From positions 655 to 64,654 of the forward strand of contig SEDB01000010.1 of the NCBI GenBank assembly GCA_004210715.1: a stretch of DNA of 64,000 nucleotides, given 5' to 3'. The notes under the pieces are model-generated. The model had not been told where the DNA came from and made no database searches. It worked only from the letters and a program-made list of their open reading frames with translations. This DNA comes from Pedobacter sp. GTDB lineage: Bacteria > Bacteroidota > Bacteroidia > Sphingobacteriales > Sphingobacteriaceae. Both the position numbers and the translations under genes were made by a program. Below, one piece after another: positions 39,361 through 49,605 of this stretch; the stretch's first letter is position 1; each line of letters opens with the position of its first letter.

Positions 39361-39405
39361 ATTTAGCACTTCCGGTATATGATGCCGGAAGATAACACCT
39401 ACGCC

Positions 39406-40614
39406 ATGAAAAAAATACTGAAAAATACATTCCTGATTTTCGCTCTCCTGGCTGCTGTCTCCTGTAAAAAGGGAGGAGATCCTGTTCCTGTAACACCACC
39501 GCCGGTTGTTCCGCCGGTGGTTCCAGGTACTTCGGTAAATTATCTTCAGCAAGCAAAAGACACGCATACCTTTACGGTTAATAGCCTGCTTACGGCAAGT
39601 TACGGCTATCGGGCAAACACCACTTCAAAATCAAATAATTGTTTTGAATGGTACAATGTAAGCCAGATCTATGCAGATGCAGCCATGGTGGCAGCTGGAG
39701 AAACCAGCTATTTGGTTTACATGAACAACACCTTCAAATTCATGGATAACATGTGGGATAAAAAGGATTTGAGAGGTGGTTATTTCGCATCAGTTAACCT
39801 TGATGGTACCGGTGCGGGCGGTGATAAATATGTAGATGACAATGCCCTAAGTGGCATGGTATACCTGGAAGCGTATGATATTACCACCGGTGCTGATAAG
39901 CAGGCCTATCTCGCAAAGGCTAAAGCTTGTGGCGATTGGTTGATCAATAGCGGGCTTTGGGATAACGTGTATGGTGGAGGATTTTACTGGAATACGCTCA
40001 AACCCGAAAAACCCACTCAAACCAATGGACTTACCTTACAATTGTTTCTGAAATTGTATAGTTTAACGGGAGAATCTGTTTACCGTGATTGGGCAAGGCA
40101 GGTAGATGCCTGGTTAACGGCCAAGATGTTCGATGCCAATACGGGATTGTATATTTGGAAGATAGATGGAGCTGGTGAGGGGATTAAGCATGCACAAAAA
40201 TTTACCTATGATAATGCGATTATGGTTGAGGCTTTTATCTTGTACAGTAAAATTATGAACGATCCTTCTTATTTAACCAAAGCCCAAAACCTGGGGAAGG
40301 CGATGAACAGTACATTGTGGAATGCCATTTACAAAGGCTATGTTTTTAATACCGCCGAAGCACGGATCAATCCGGCATGGTGCGCCTGGGGTTCTCAAGC
40401 CATGATTCGCCTTTACGAGGCAGATAAAAATCCGGATTGGCTGGTTTATGCTAAGGAAAATATCAATCGCCTGAATATTGCGAACCGGAACACGGCTAAC
40501 CTGGGTTACTATTTTTTTGCTGGCTTCGATGGGCAAAATCGTTCTACTGAGATGGAAACTGTTGACCAGGCCTGGATGCAGCGCCTTCAGGCAATGTTGT
40601 CAAAATACCAATAA
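39406..40614 (+). CDS. GH76 family lipoprotein (alpha-1,6-mannanase-like)
   Basis: Lipobox VSC, Pro-rich linker, YVDDN catalytic DD, GGGFYW. Confidence 0.8.
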   Translation: MKKILKNTFLIFALLAAVSCKKGGDPVPVTPPPVVPPVVPGTSVNYLQQAKDTHTFTVNSLLTASYGYRANTTSKSNNCFEWYNVSQIYADAAMVAAGETSYLVYMNNTFKFMDNMWDKKDLRGGYFASVNLDGTGAGGDKYVDDNALSGMVYLEAYDITTGADKQAYLAKAKACGDWLINSGLWDNVYGGGFYWNTLKPEKPTQTNGLTLQLFLKLYSLTGESVYRDWARQVDAWLTAKMFDANTGLYIWKIDGAGEGIKHAQKFTYDNAIMVEAFILYSKIMNDPSYLTKAQNLGKAMNSTLWNAIYKGYVFNTAEARINPAWCAWGSQAMIRLYEADKNPDWLVYAKENINRLNIANRNTANLGYYFFAGFDGQNRSTEMETVDQAWMQRLQAMLSKYQ

Positions 40615-40629
40615 TCAGAATCTTCAATT

Positions 40630-42984
40630 ATGAAAATAGGCTTTAAATCAATATTTATACTTCTTCTTTTCCTTATCACATCCGTTACTTCCTTTGCGCA
40701 GGATTTGTTAAAATATGTGAATCCAAACATTGGCACAGCTCACAGCAGATGGTTTTTTTATACACCGGCAGCAGTTCCTTACGGCATGGCAAAGCTTGCC
40801 CCATCAACCAATGGAAGCTATGGTAACTTGCAGGGCTGGGAAGCGGTAGGTTATGATACCCGGCACAATTCGATAGAAGGATTCGTTCATTTCCATGAGT
40901 GGCAGGTGGGTGGAATCAGTTTTATGCCAACTGCGGGAACATTAAAAACCGTTCCGGGTGAGTTGGAAAAAGCGGGGAGCGGATATCGCTCTGCATTTGA
41001 CCGAAAAAATGAAGTTGCCCAGCCTGGATATTATTCCGTAATACTCCATGATTTTAAAATCAAAGCTGAACTTACCGCTTCTAAAAGGGTTGGATTTCAT
41101 CGTTACACCTTTCCGAAAAGCAATAGCTCCAGAATAATATTATCAATAGGAAATGTGCAGGGAGAAAGCGGTCCGGTAAGCGACGCTTCGGTAGAAATGA
41201 TTGACGATGTCCATTTTCAGGGCTTTGTAATCACTTATCCAAAATATGTGAAAACATATGATGAAGGTGGTCGTGTAGCGATGTATTTCTATGGAGCACT
41301 GAATAAAAAGCCTGCTGAAGTTGGTGCAATCAGTAAAGACGCTGCGGTTGTGAATCAAAAATATGCTAAAGGAATAGGGGCAGGGTTATTTTTAAACTAT
41401 CAAACTTCGGAAAACGAAAGCGTCGAAATTAAAGTAGGACTTTCTTATACCTCTGTTGCAAATGCGAAACTAAACCTCGAAACTGAGGCACGCAACCTCA
41501 CTTTTGAAAGTGCGAAGGCTGCAGCCCAGCAAGAATGGAAATCCGAACTTGGAAAATTAAAAGTTTCAGGAAAAGTAGAGGCCGACAAAACTAAGTTTTA
41601 CACCGGGCTATATCATGCCTTATTGGGTAGGGGAATAGCGAGCGATGTTAACGGAAATTTCCCGCGACATGATGGCAGCATCGGACAACTGCCAAAAGAT
41701 GCCCAAGGCAAATTCAGTTACAACTTTATGAATACGGATGCCATTTGGGGAGGGTTCTGGAATTTGACGCAACTGTGGGCGTTATCCTATCCATCACACT
41801 ACAGCGATTTTGTACATACGCAGCTTGAAATTTATAAGGAACGTGGCTGGTTTGGCGATGGCATCGCTAACAGCAACTTTGTATCAGGCGTCGGAACCAA
41901 TTTTGTTGGACTTGCTATTGCCGGAGCCTACCAGGCAGGTATCCGCGATTATGATTTGAATCTCGCTTACAAAGCGGTATTGGGCAATGAGCTAGGTTAT
42001 CAAAAACGATTGGTGGGTTCAGGGAAAATGGATACAAAAAGTTTTATATCCAAAGGTTATGTGCCTTATCTTGAGGCCGATAAAACGGATTCAACAGGAT
42101 CACATTTTTCAGGTTCGCATACTTTGGAATACAGTTACAGTGCTTTTGCTGCTGCGCAAATGGCAAAAAAAATGGGTAAAAATGAAGACTATAAAAAGCT
42201 TATTCAATTATCTGATGGCTGGCGGTTAATCTTTGATCAAAAACTCAAACTGGTAAGGCCTAAAACAGCTGATGGAAAATTCATTGATCAGTTTAACCCG
42301 CTGGAAGCCTGGCGTGGATTCCAGGAAGGAAATGCGACGCAATACACTTTTTATGTACCACAAAATCCTCAGGGCCTCATTCAAGAGATCGGTAAAACAA
42401 CTTTTAATGAGCGTTTGAATAACATTTTCGAAACCTCTCAGAAAAATGCATTTGGAGGCGGCAAAACGATTGATGCCTTTGCGGGTATTCAATCATTATA
42501 CAACCATGGCAATCAACCTAATTTGCACATCAGCTGGTTGTTTAACTATTCTGCGGCGCCCTGGTTAACTCAAAAATGGACAAGGGCAATTTGTGATGAG
42601 TTTTACGGTACAGAAAGCATTCATGGTTATGGTTATGGGCAGGATGAGGATCAGGGGCAGCTGGGTTCATGGTATGTGATGGCATCGTTGGGATTGTTCG
42701 ATGTGAAAGGCCTGGCCGATGCGAGACCAACCCTCCAGATTGGCAGTCCGATGTTCGAACGTTCAGAAGTTGCCCTTGGCAATGGAAAACGTTTGACCAT
42801 CGAAGCAAAAAACAATAGCAAAAGCAATGTATATGTTCAGTCTGCTACCTGGAATGGAAAAGTGCTCAGCAAAGCCTGGCTTTATCGTGATGAACTGATA
42901 AAAGGTGGCACATTGACTTTAATTATGGGGAACAAACCCAACATGTCCTGGGGCATAAGCGTTCCACCACCTTCAAACCAGTAA
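40630..42984 (+). CDS. GH92 alpha-mannosidase
   Basis: VNPNIGT, PGYY.V, HTLEYSY, FQEGNA.QY, HGNQP, DEDQGQLGSWYV. Confidence 0.93.
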   Translation: MKIGFKSIFILLLFLITSVTSFAQDLLKYVNPNIGTAHSRWFFYTPAAVPYGMAKLAPSTNGSYGNLQGWEAVGYDTRHNSIEGFVHFHEWQVGGISFMPTAGTLKTVPGELEKAGSGYRSAFDRKNEVAQPGYYSVILHDFKIKAELTASKRVGFHRYTFPKSNSSRIILSIGNVQGESGPVSDASVEMIDDVHFQGFVITYPKYVKTYDEGGRVAMYFYGALNKKPAEVGAISKDAAVVNQKYAKGIGAGLFLNYQTSENESVEIKVGLSYTSVANAKLNLETEARNLTFESAKAAAQQEWKSELGKLKVSGKVEADKTKFYTGLYHALLGRGIASDVNGNFPRHDGSIGQLPKDAQGKFSYNFMNTDAIWGGFWNLTQLWALSYPSHYSDFVHTQLEIYKERGWFGDGIANSNFVSGVGTNFVGLAIAGAYQAGIRDYDLNLAYKAVLGNELGYQKRLVGSGKMDTKSFISKGYVPYLEADKTDSTGSHFSGSHTLEYSYSAFAAAQMAKKMGKNEDYKKLIQLSDGWRLIFDQKLKLVRPKTADGKFIDQFNPLEAWRGFQEGNATQYTFYVPQNPQGLIQEIGKTTFNERLNNIFETSQKNAFGGGKTIDAFAGIQSLYNHGNQPNLHISWLFNYSAAPWLTQKWTRAICDEFYGTESIHGYGYGQDEDQGQLGSWYVMASLGLFDVKGLADARPTLQIGSPMFERSEVALGNGKRLTIEAKNNSKSNVYVQSATWNGKVLSKAWLYRDELIKGGTLTLIMGNKPNMSWGISVPPPSNQ

Positions 42985-43011
42985 ATAAATTGTCTTTTAC
43001 TAAAAACTGAT

Positions 43012-44196
43012 ATGCCAAAACACATGAAAAACTTATTGATCATCACCCTCATGGTGTTGTCGTGGAAAGGCTATACCCAAAATGTTCAGTCGGATAGCAT
43101 CTATAAACATCGGGCTGATTTGTTTTTCGAGAAGGTATGGAATAACTATCGGTTGGAAAAACATCCAGGATTATTTAGTGAACATTATCCTAGCGGAGAA
43201 AAGGTAGACCTGGATTACTTTCAGGGTTCAAATGTCAAAGAAAAAGAAGTAAGCTTTTTATGGCCATTTTCGGGTATGTATTCGGCTGCAAATGTATTGT
43301 TCAGGTATCCTGATCTGAAGAAAAAATATGCAAAATATCTGGATAGTTTAGCGGTTGGTGTTTGGAAATACCGGGATAATACCCGTATGCCAGTAGGTTA
43401 TCAGGCGTACCCTGCCATGTTAGAAAAATCTGATCGATATTACGACGACAACGCTTTGGTATGCATAGATTATGCTGAAACTTATTTCAACACAAAAGAT
43501 GCTATTTATATAAACAAGGCTAAAGAGGTTTTCAATTTTATAATCAGTGGCTGGGATGAAAAGCTGGATGGTGGGGTGTATTGGCTGGAAGGCCACAAAG
43601 ATCAGAAACCAGCATGTAGTAATGGGATGGCTACCCTGGCTGCGCTTAAACTCTACCAGGCGAGCAATGATCCGGTTTATTTAAACTGGGCGAAACGTTT
43701 TTATCAATGGATGCAGGCGAGGTTAAGAAATCCTCAGGGAATTTATTATAACGATGTCAAAATGGATGGCAAACCCAACGCAACTTATTATACTTACAAC
43801 ACAGGTTCAATGCTTGAATCTGCGGTTTTGCTGTATGAGTTTACGAAAGATCCGGCCTACCTGAAAGAGGCCCAATTTGTTGCAGCAAGTTCTTATCAGT
43901 TTTTTTCCAGGGCAGAAAACGGTTTACGGTCCTTTAATATCGATTTGCCATGGTTTGTTACCGTTTTATTTAGGGGCTATGAAGCCTTGTACAAAATAGA
44001 TCATAACCCGAAATACATTCAGGCAGTTGCTAGGGATTTAGACAGGGCCTGGGCAAAATCTGTTGACCAGTATGGTTTTTTAACGGCCAAGTGGGCGAGT
44101 GACGAAACTTCAAAAAGAAAACCAAAATGGTTGCTTGATGAAGCTTGCATTGCTGAGCTTTATGGTAGAATTGGCTTATTAAATTTGAATAACTAA
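43012..44196 (+). CDS. GH76 family protein
   Basis: SFLWP.S, RYYDDN, GGVYW.E, K.ACSN, YTYNTG. Confidence 0.88.
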   Translation: MPKHMKNLLIITLMVLSWKGYTQNVQSDSIYKHRADLFFEKVWNNYRLEKHPGLFSEHYPSGEKVDLDYFQGSNVKEKEVSFLWPFSGMYSAANVLFRYPDLKKKYAKYLDSLAVGVWKYRDNTRMPVGYQAYPAMLEKSDRYYDDNALVCIDYAETYFNTKDAIYINKAKEVFNFIISGWDEKLDGGVYWLEGHKDQKPACSNGMATLAALKLYQASNDPVYLNWAKRFYQWMQARLRNPQGIYYNDVKMDGKPNATYYTYNTGSMLESAVLLYEFTKDPAYLKEAQFVAASSYQFFSRAENGLRSFNIDLPWFVTVLFRGYEALYKIDHNPKYIQAVARDLDRAWAKSVDQYGFLTAKWASDETSKRKPKWLLDEACIAELYGRIGLLNLNN

Positions 44197-44206
44197 CCTA
44201 TTTTAT

Positions 44207-45070
44207 ATGAACGATAATATTGTTCTTGGTGTTGATATTGGTGGATCACACATCACTGCGGCATTGGTGGATACCAGTGATGGCACCATTGTGGCAGGCT
44301 CTATACAACGAGAAAAAATTGACTCTGCGGCAGATGCTGACCACATTATTCAGGCATGGAGTACAGTCATGAATCAAAGCCTTCGGTTTGCCGGAAATTC
44401 GGGAAAAATTGCTATTGCAATGCCTGGGCCATTTGATTATCAGAATGGTGTATCTTATATGAAAAGCATGGGGAAGTATGATGCGCTTTATGGCATGAAT
44501 GTCCGTGACCTTTTATGCGCTCAGTTGTCAGAGGGTATATCTGAAATTCATTTTATTAACGATGCTGGCTGTTTCTTGCAGGGGGAGGTCAGTCATGGAC
44601 CTGCTGCGGCCTATGAGGAAGTAGTAGGTTTTACATTGGGGACAGGATTTGGCTCTGCAATAGCTAAGGGTGGACTGGCTTTGGATGCAGATTATTGGTG
44701 TTATCCGTTCATGGGTGGGATATGTGAGGATTTTTTTTCCTCCAGATGGTTTGTATCAACCTATAATAAATACTCGAGCTTATCGGTAAACAATGTTAAG
44801 GAACTGATTTGCGATGTCGAACTGGGGGGACCTCTACTACAGGTGTTCGATGAGTTTAGCATGAACATGGGGGTTTTCCTGACGCAGCTTTACAAAAAAC
44901 ATAAATTCGATTGTGTGGTATTTGGAGGGAATATAGCTAAGGCATCATCGCTGTTTTTGCCACAGTTAAAGTATTATTTAAAAACAATGGCCATTGCTGC
45001 TCCTGTATATATATCCTCAAAGGGTGAAACTGCTGCATTGATTGGTGCTGCTTGTTCGATTGTACATTAG
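44207..45070 (+). CDS. ROK family sugar kinase
   Basis: GVDIGGSH, AMPGPFDY, NDA..F..GE, TLGTGFGS, AALIGA. Confidence 0.92.
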   Translation: MNDNIVLGVDIGGSHITAALVDTSDGTIVAGSIQREKIDSAADADHIIQAWSTVMNQSLRFAGNSGKIAIAMPGPFDYQNGVSYMKSMGKYDALYGMNVRDLLCAQLSEGISEIHFINDAGCFLQGEVSHGPAAAYEEVVGFTLGTGFGSAIAKGGLALDADYWCYPFMGGICEDFFSSRWFVSTYNKYSSLSVNNVKELICDVELGGPLLQVFDEFSMNMGVFLTQLYKKHKFDCVVFGGNIAKASSLFLPQLKYYLKTMAIAAPVYISSKGETAALIGAACSIVH

Positions 45071-45685
45071 GAAAACTGCAACAAGCAAACACACTAAGTA
45101 TCAAGGTATCTGCAAAAATATCATATTTTTCTTTTGAGAATCCAGGGCCTGAATGAATCCATTAATTAATTGCTGTCAGAATTAAGTCGCTTTAAATCAT
45201 CACATTGTTTACCCTTTCTGTAGCGTAAATATGCCTTATAGACTTTCTAACTCCTTTGTAAATATTTTCTAAACTCTCTAATAATTTCATTCTGTAAAAT
45301 CATCTCTATACACGATATAATTTGAATCACTATCAGGCATCGATGTCAGATGGTGACCTGCGACTAGTTTTTGAAACCTATTCAAGACAATTACTTTTCA
45401 TAATGGGCACTTTAAGGAGGCTTCCAAATCCTAAAGCTGCTTGGGCCGGGTGATGACAGTTTATAGGTTTTTATATTTTTTCATAACGCAAAAGAATGCT
45501 ACTGTAGCTTCCGCTGCCAGTTAGTACCAAGCTATGTTAAGATAATTTTAAATATTCTTGGATTATGAATGTAAAAGCTTAATTTTCGGTTTTCAAAAAA
45601 AAGGTCATGATAAAAATTAATGAGTGGCAATATTTGTAAATGTGGTTTAAAATGATTATGTTGATGTATATAGTCCCCGAATAAG

Positions 45686-46261
45686 ATGATATCCCCATTA
45701 ATCACCTATTGTCAGCAACACCAGCATTTATCTAATAAACTTATTGAACGGATAAAAAACATTGCATCCATCCATGAAGTGGAAAAAAATACAGACCTTG
45801 GTGATTTCTTAGCCGGACATTCGGGTGTGTTCTTTTTGATCAACGGATTGATCAGGAAATACAGCATGTTTGAAAACAAGGAAATTACACTGGGATTTGT
45901 ATTTGAAAAGGACCTTTTTGGTTCTGACATTATCAATGAATGCTATTTTGAACACAACCGTATAGGCTTGCAAACGCTTGAAAAAACTACGGTAATATTT
46001 GTGCCCTACGTAATGCTGGAAAAATTGAAAACGCAATGTAAAGAATCCATTGTTTTATTTGATAAAATAATTAGGCGGAAATTATCTGATTTGAATTATC
46101 AGTCCGCAATTTCGCGAATTCCAAATGCAACCTCCAGGTATAATATGTTCTGTAAATCTGTTCCTTATCCAGATAGAATTCAAGGCAAATTTTTAGCCAG
46201 CTACCTGGCAATGAGAGAGGAAACTTTAAGCAGGATCAGGCATCATTCAAGTATAGTTTGA
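45686..46261 (+). CDS. Crp/Fnr family regulator (Bacteroidota type)
   Basis: cNMP-like domain; C-terminal RY..F...LASYLAMREETLSRIR. Confidence 0.82.
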   Translation: MISPLITYCQQHQHLSNKLIERIKNIASIHEVEKNTDLGDFLAGHSGVFFLINGLIRKYSMFENKEITLGFVFEKDLFGSDIINECYFEHNRIGLQTLEKTTVIFVPYVMLEKLKTQCKESIVLFDKIIRRKLSDLNYQSAISRIPNATSRYNMFCKSVPYPDRIQGKFLASYLAMREETLSRIRHHSSIV

Positions 46262-46705
46262 TTACCGAATAACAGCGTTTACCACCATATATCCAAAGAA
46301 ATTGAAGGAAGTATTTAGTAAAAATATATAATAGACATCTTAAGTCGATATTGCCTTTGCGCTGTTTGGTGATCACACAATATAGGTATATGCTGGATAT
46401 TTTTGATATTCTGTCCGGAAAGCTGATGCAATAATAGACTCACTATGCAAAAAGAAAACAATAAGGTTATCAGTCGCAATCAGTCTGATTACAGATTTCC
46501 ATTTTAATTCAGCGTTATTTTTTGCAGGTGATGGGATGTTTTAATCCCATCTATGACGTTTACTCCTCCCTCGGATGCGGTGAGCTGCGGTTATGAATCT
46601 TTAGACGCACGACGAGCACCTCGCTAGTTAAAATTTTAAAATTATTGGTTTTTATGTTATCTTTATCTGGTCCCGCTAATTAATGTATCACTAAATTAAT
46701 TTCTC

Positions 46706-46939
46706 ATGAGGACAGGAGTCATAGTTTCCTATAACAGTGTGATTAGATGTGGCGTCATTAAAGATGGCAATAAACAAAAAATCAGGTTTTATAACGAGCA
46801 TCCAGAGGTGATGTTCAAGGTACTCGATGTGGTGAGGTTTTCCATTGGTTTTGTTGACAATGCGCTGAAAGCTATTAATATAGTTCCTGTAGTTGACAAA
46901 AGTGGGTCAAAGGTTTCACTGGCAATGTTAGTCAACTAA
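46706..46939 (+). CDS. Small cold-shock-like OB-fold protein
   Basis: MRTG.I..YN....G.I...V.F.I......A.NI pattern. Confidence 0.55.
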   Translation: MRTGVIVSYNSVIRCGVIKDGNKQKIRFYNEHPEVMFKVLDVVRFSIGFVDNALKAINIVPVVDKSGSKVSLAMLVN

Positions 46940-47350
46940 TGATAATATTGAAAAGATGCCGTTTAGTTAGGGTCCTCTGAATGGTTATTGAAATTTCTTC
47001 TAAATGCTTTATTGAAATTAAAACTAAAGGTATGCCTAAGTTGGTTCACTTGAGGGCCGATAGTGCGTTGACCGGGGAAAATCTTAGTTATAAAATTATT
47101 AATTATCAACAATCGGTCAGTTTAATTCGAAACATCGTTATAACTTTAACGTCTTTAAAAAACTTAATGCGTTTATGAAAAACTAATAATCTCGTATTTA
47201 AGAATTTTTGTTTATCATGTTTTAGCTTGAAAAGTTAACACTGATAAAAAAAAGAGGCGAATTGGTCCTTTCGTTTTTTGATAATGTTAGATTTGAATGG
47301 TATTTAAAATAAAAAGCACTTTAGTATCTGAAGACTACTCAAAACAAACC

Positions 47351-48109
47351 ATGACCAGCGGCATCTATTATAAACAAGTTAAACCCGATGAATCCCTATC
47401 AGACTTTGTGGAGAGTTTTTGGATGCTTGGCAATGATTCTGGAAATGATAAGGAAACGGTCGGATTACCGGACGGACGAATAGATTTATTTTTTATAAAG
47501 TCAGATGACCAATCTTTCAAAATTGTGCTTCTGGGTTTAGGTACGCAATACCATGCTGAAGGGATAATCCCGGCTGAAAGTTTAAGATTTGCCGTAAGTT
47601 TTAAGCTGCTTGCTGTAGAATATGTTTTTCATGAAACCATCTCCGATATTGTTGATAAGGGGAAAATATTATCTCATGATTTTTGGGATATGAATCTTGA
47701 TGATCTCGATAGCTTTGAAAGTTTTTGCGAAAAAGCATCACACCAAATAAAATCTCGTATTCCAAAAGAAATTGATCTTCGCAAAAGTAAATTATTTGAT
47801 TTTATCCATAATGCACACGGTTCTATTACCGTAAAGGAGCTTTCTGAAAAGGTTGGCTGGAGCAGTAGACAGATGAACCGGTATTTTAATCAGCAATTCG
47901 GTATTTCACTAAAATTGTTTTGCAATATACTCCGATTCCGGGCTTCATTGGAACATATCGTCAAAGGAAAACTATTTCCGGAGCTTAATTTTACAGATCA
48001 GACCCATTTTATCAAAGAAATAAAAAAGTTTTCCGGGGTAGTTCCCAAAGAACTTTTTAAAAATAATAACGACCGATTTATACTATTATCTTCCCTTAAG
48101 ACAGAATAA
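47351..48109 (+). CDS. AraC family regulator (DUF6597 + HTH)
   Basis: P...L.DFVESFW, LPDGRIDL, S.RQMNRYF, F.DQ.HFIKEIK.F.G..P; start taken at MTSG. Confidence 0.88.
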   Translation: MTSGIYYKQVKPDESLSDFVESFWMLGNDSGNDKETVGLPDGRIDLFFIKSDDQSFKIVLLGLGTQYHAEGIIPAESLRFAVSFKLLAVEYVFHETISDIVDKGKILSHDFWDMNLDDLDSFESFCEKASHQIKSRIPKEIDLRKSKLFDFIHNAHGSITVKELSEKVGWSSRQMNRYFNQQFGISLKLFCNILRFRASLEHIVKGKLFPELNFTDQTHFIKEIKKFSGVVPKELFKNNNDRFILLSSLKTE

Positions 48110-48137
48110 TTTTGCATCATTCAAAACGATCAAGAAT

Positions 48138-49307
48138 ATGCAAATTAATAATAAAAAAATCGCCATTATCGGCGGCGGTCCGGGTGGATTGACTTTAGCC
48201 AGACTGTTACAGCTTAAGGGAGCTGATGTGCAGGTTTACGAAAGAGATATAAATAAGGATGCACGTGTGCAAGGTGCTCCACTTGATATGCATGAGGCAT
48301 CGGGGATGGCAGCTCTGATCAAAGCTGGTCTTTTAACTGAGTTTAAAAATAATTTCATGCCGGGTGCAGATAAAACTTTGATCTTAAACGAACAGGCAAA
48401 AATCCTGTACAGTGATCATGAAAAGAATATCGAAGAAGATTTCGGCAACGAACATTTTCGTCCTGAAATTGACCGTGGTGTGTTAAGAAAGATATTATTA
48501 TCCTCTTTGGAGCCAGAAACGGTTGTCTGGAACAGTCATTTTATTGCTATGGAACCGCATAATGAAGGCTGGATGCTGCATTTTAAAGACGGTCTGTCGG
48601 TTTATACAGATCTCGTCATCGGCTCTGACGGTGCCAATTCTAAAATCCGACCTTATCTGACAGACATCAGACCTTTTTATTCTGGAGTGACCATGTTGGA
48701 AGGTAATGTTTATGGCGCTAAGAAAGCGGTTCCGCATATGCATTCACTGGTTAATGGTGGAAAAATCATGGCTTTCGGAAACAAAAAAAATATTCTAATG
48801 GGGCAGAAAGCAGGTGGTGATCTCGGATTTTATGTAAGTTTTAAAGCCGATGAGAACTGGCCAAATGAAAGTAATATTGACTTTTCAGATCGTACAAAAG
48901 TTCTCAGTTGGTTTAAAAAAGAATATTCCGACTGGAGTGATGCCTGGTATGAATTATTTGAGAATGCAGCTACTCCATTTATTCCCCGACAGATTTATTG
49001 TGCACCATTAGCGCAAAACTGGAAGACGCATCAGAATCTGACCATCATCGGTGATGCCGCTCACGTAATGCCGCCATTTGCAGGAGAAGGTGCTAATATG
49101 GCAATGCTTGATGCACTTGAACTAAGTGAATGCCTGACTTCTAATGAGTACAGCTCTCTACGGGACGCCATTTCTGGTTATGAAATAAAAATGAGGGTAA
49201 GAGCAGCAAATGCAGCGAAGAAATCACTTGAAAATGGTGAGAAAATGCATTCAGAAAATGCACTAAATACAATGCTGGAATTTTTTAACCGTCAATTTTC
49301 TTTTTAA
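48138..49307 (+). CDS. FAD-dependent monooxygenase, TetX family homolog
   Basis: AIIGGGPGGLTLA.LLQ..G..V.VYERD, PEIDR..LR.ILL.SL, IGDAAHVMPPFAGEG.N; -7 element TAATTTTG at 48107-48114. Confidence 0.85.
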   Translation: MQINNKKIAIIGGGPGGLTLARLLQLKGADVQVYERDINKDARVQGAPLDMHEASGMAALIKAGLLTEFKNNFMPGADKTLILNEQAKILYSDHEKNIEEDFGNEHFRPEIDRGVLRKILLSSLEPETVVWNSHFIAMEPHNEGWMLHFKDGLSVYTDLVIGSDGANSKIRPYLTDIRPFYSGVTMLEGNVYGAKKAVPHMHSLVNGGKIMAFGNKKNILMGQKAGGDLGFYVSFKADENWPNESNIDFSDRTKVLSWFKKEYSDWSDAWYELFENAATPFIPRQIYCAPLAQNWKTHQNLTIIGDAAHVMPPFAGEGANMAMLDALELSECLTSNEYSSLRDAISGYEIKMRVRAANAAKKSLENGEKMHSENALNTMLEFFNRQFSF

Positions 49308-49605
49308 ATAGCCTCGAAACGAACATCCGTAGTTCCTTGCAAAAAAACAGATGATCAACGCACAGACAGTGAATCATAGTTATTCTTGCTGAACTTAATA
49401 TTCCGGCTCATTCCTGGATGAAAATGGCAAAACTTGGTATTATTGAATATCGCCCTTGTGGTATTTGCATGAAGGGTGTCATCTTATTTTTTGTGCATGC
49501 TCCAAAGATGCCAATAGCATGTCAAACGTCAGCACAAAACAGATGCATGAAAGCAAAGAGAGTACTATTGTAAAGATATAGTTTCCTCCTTTGCTGACCT
49601 TGTTC

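Noticed and set aside
45070-45686. 600-bp gap after ROK that might be a decayed gene
   Set aside because: No frame gave a recognisable protein.
46440-47300. Hairpin GATGGGAT/ATCCCATC and ORF 46981-47178
   Set aside because: Isolated hairpin with no riboswitch or tRNA features; the ORF lacks motifs.
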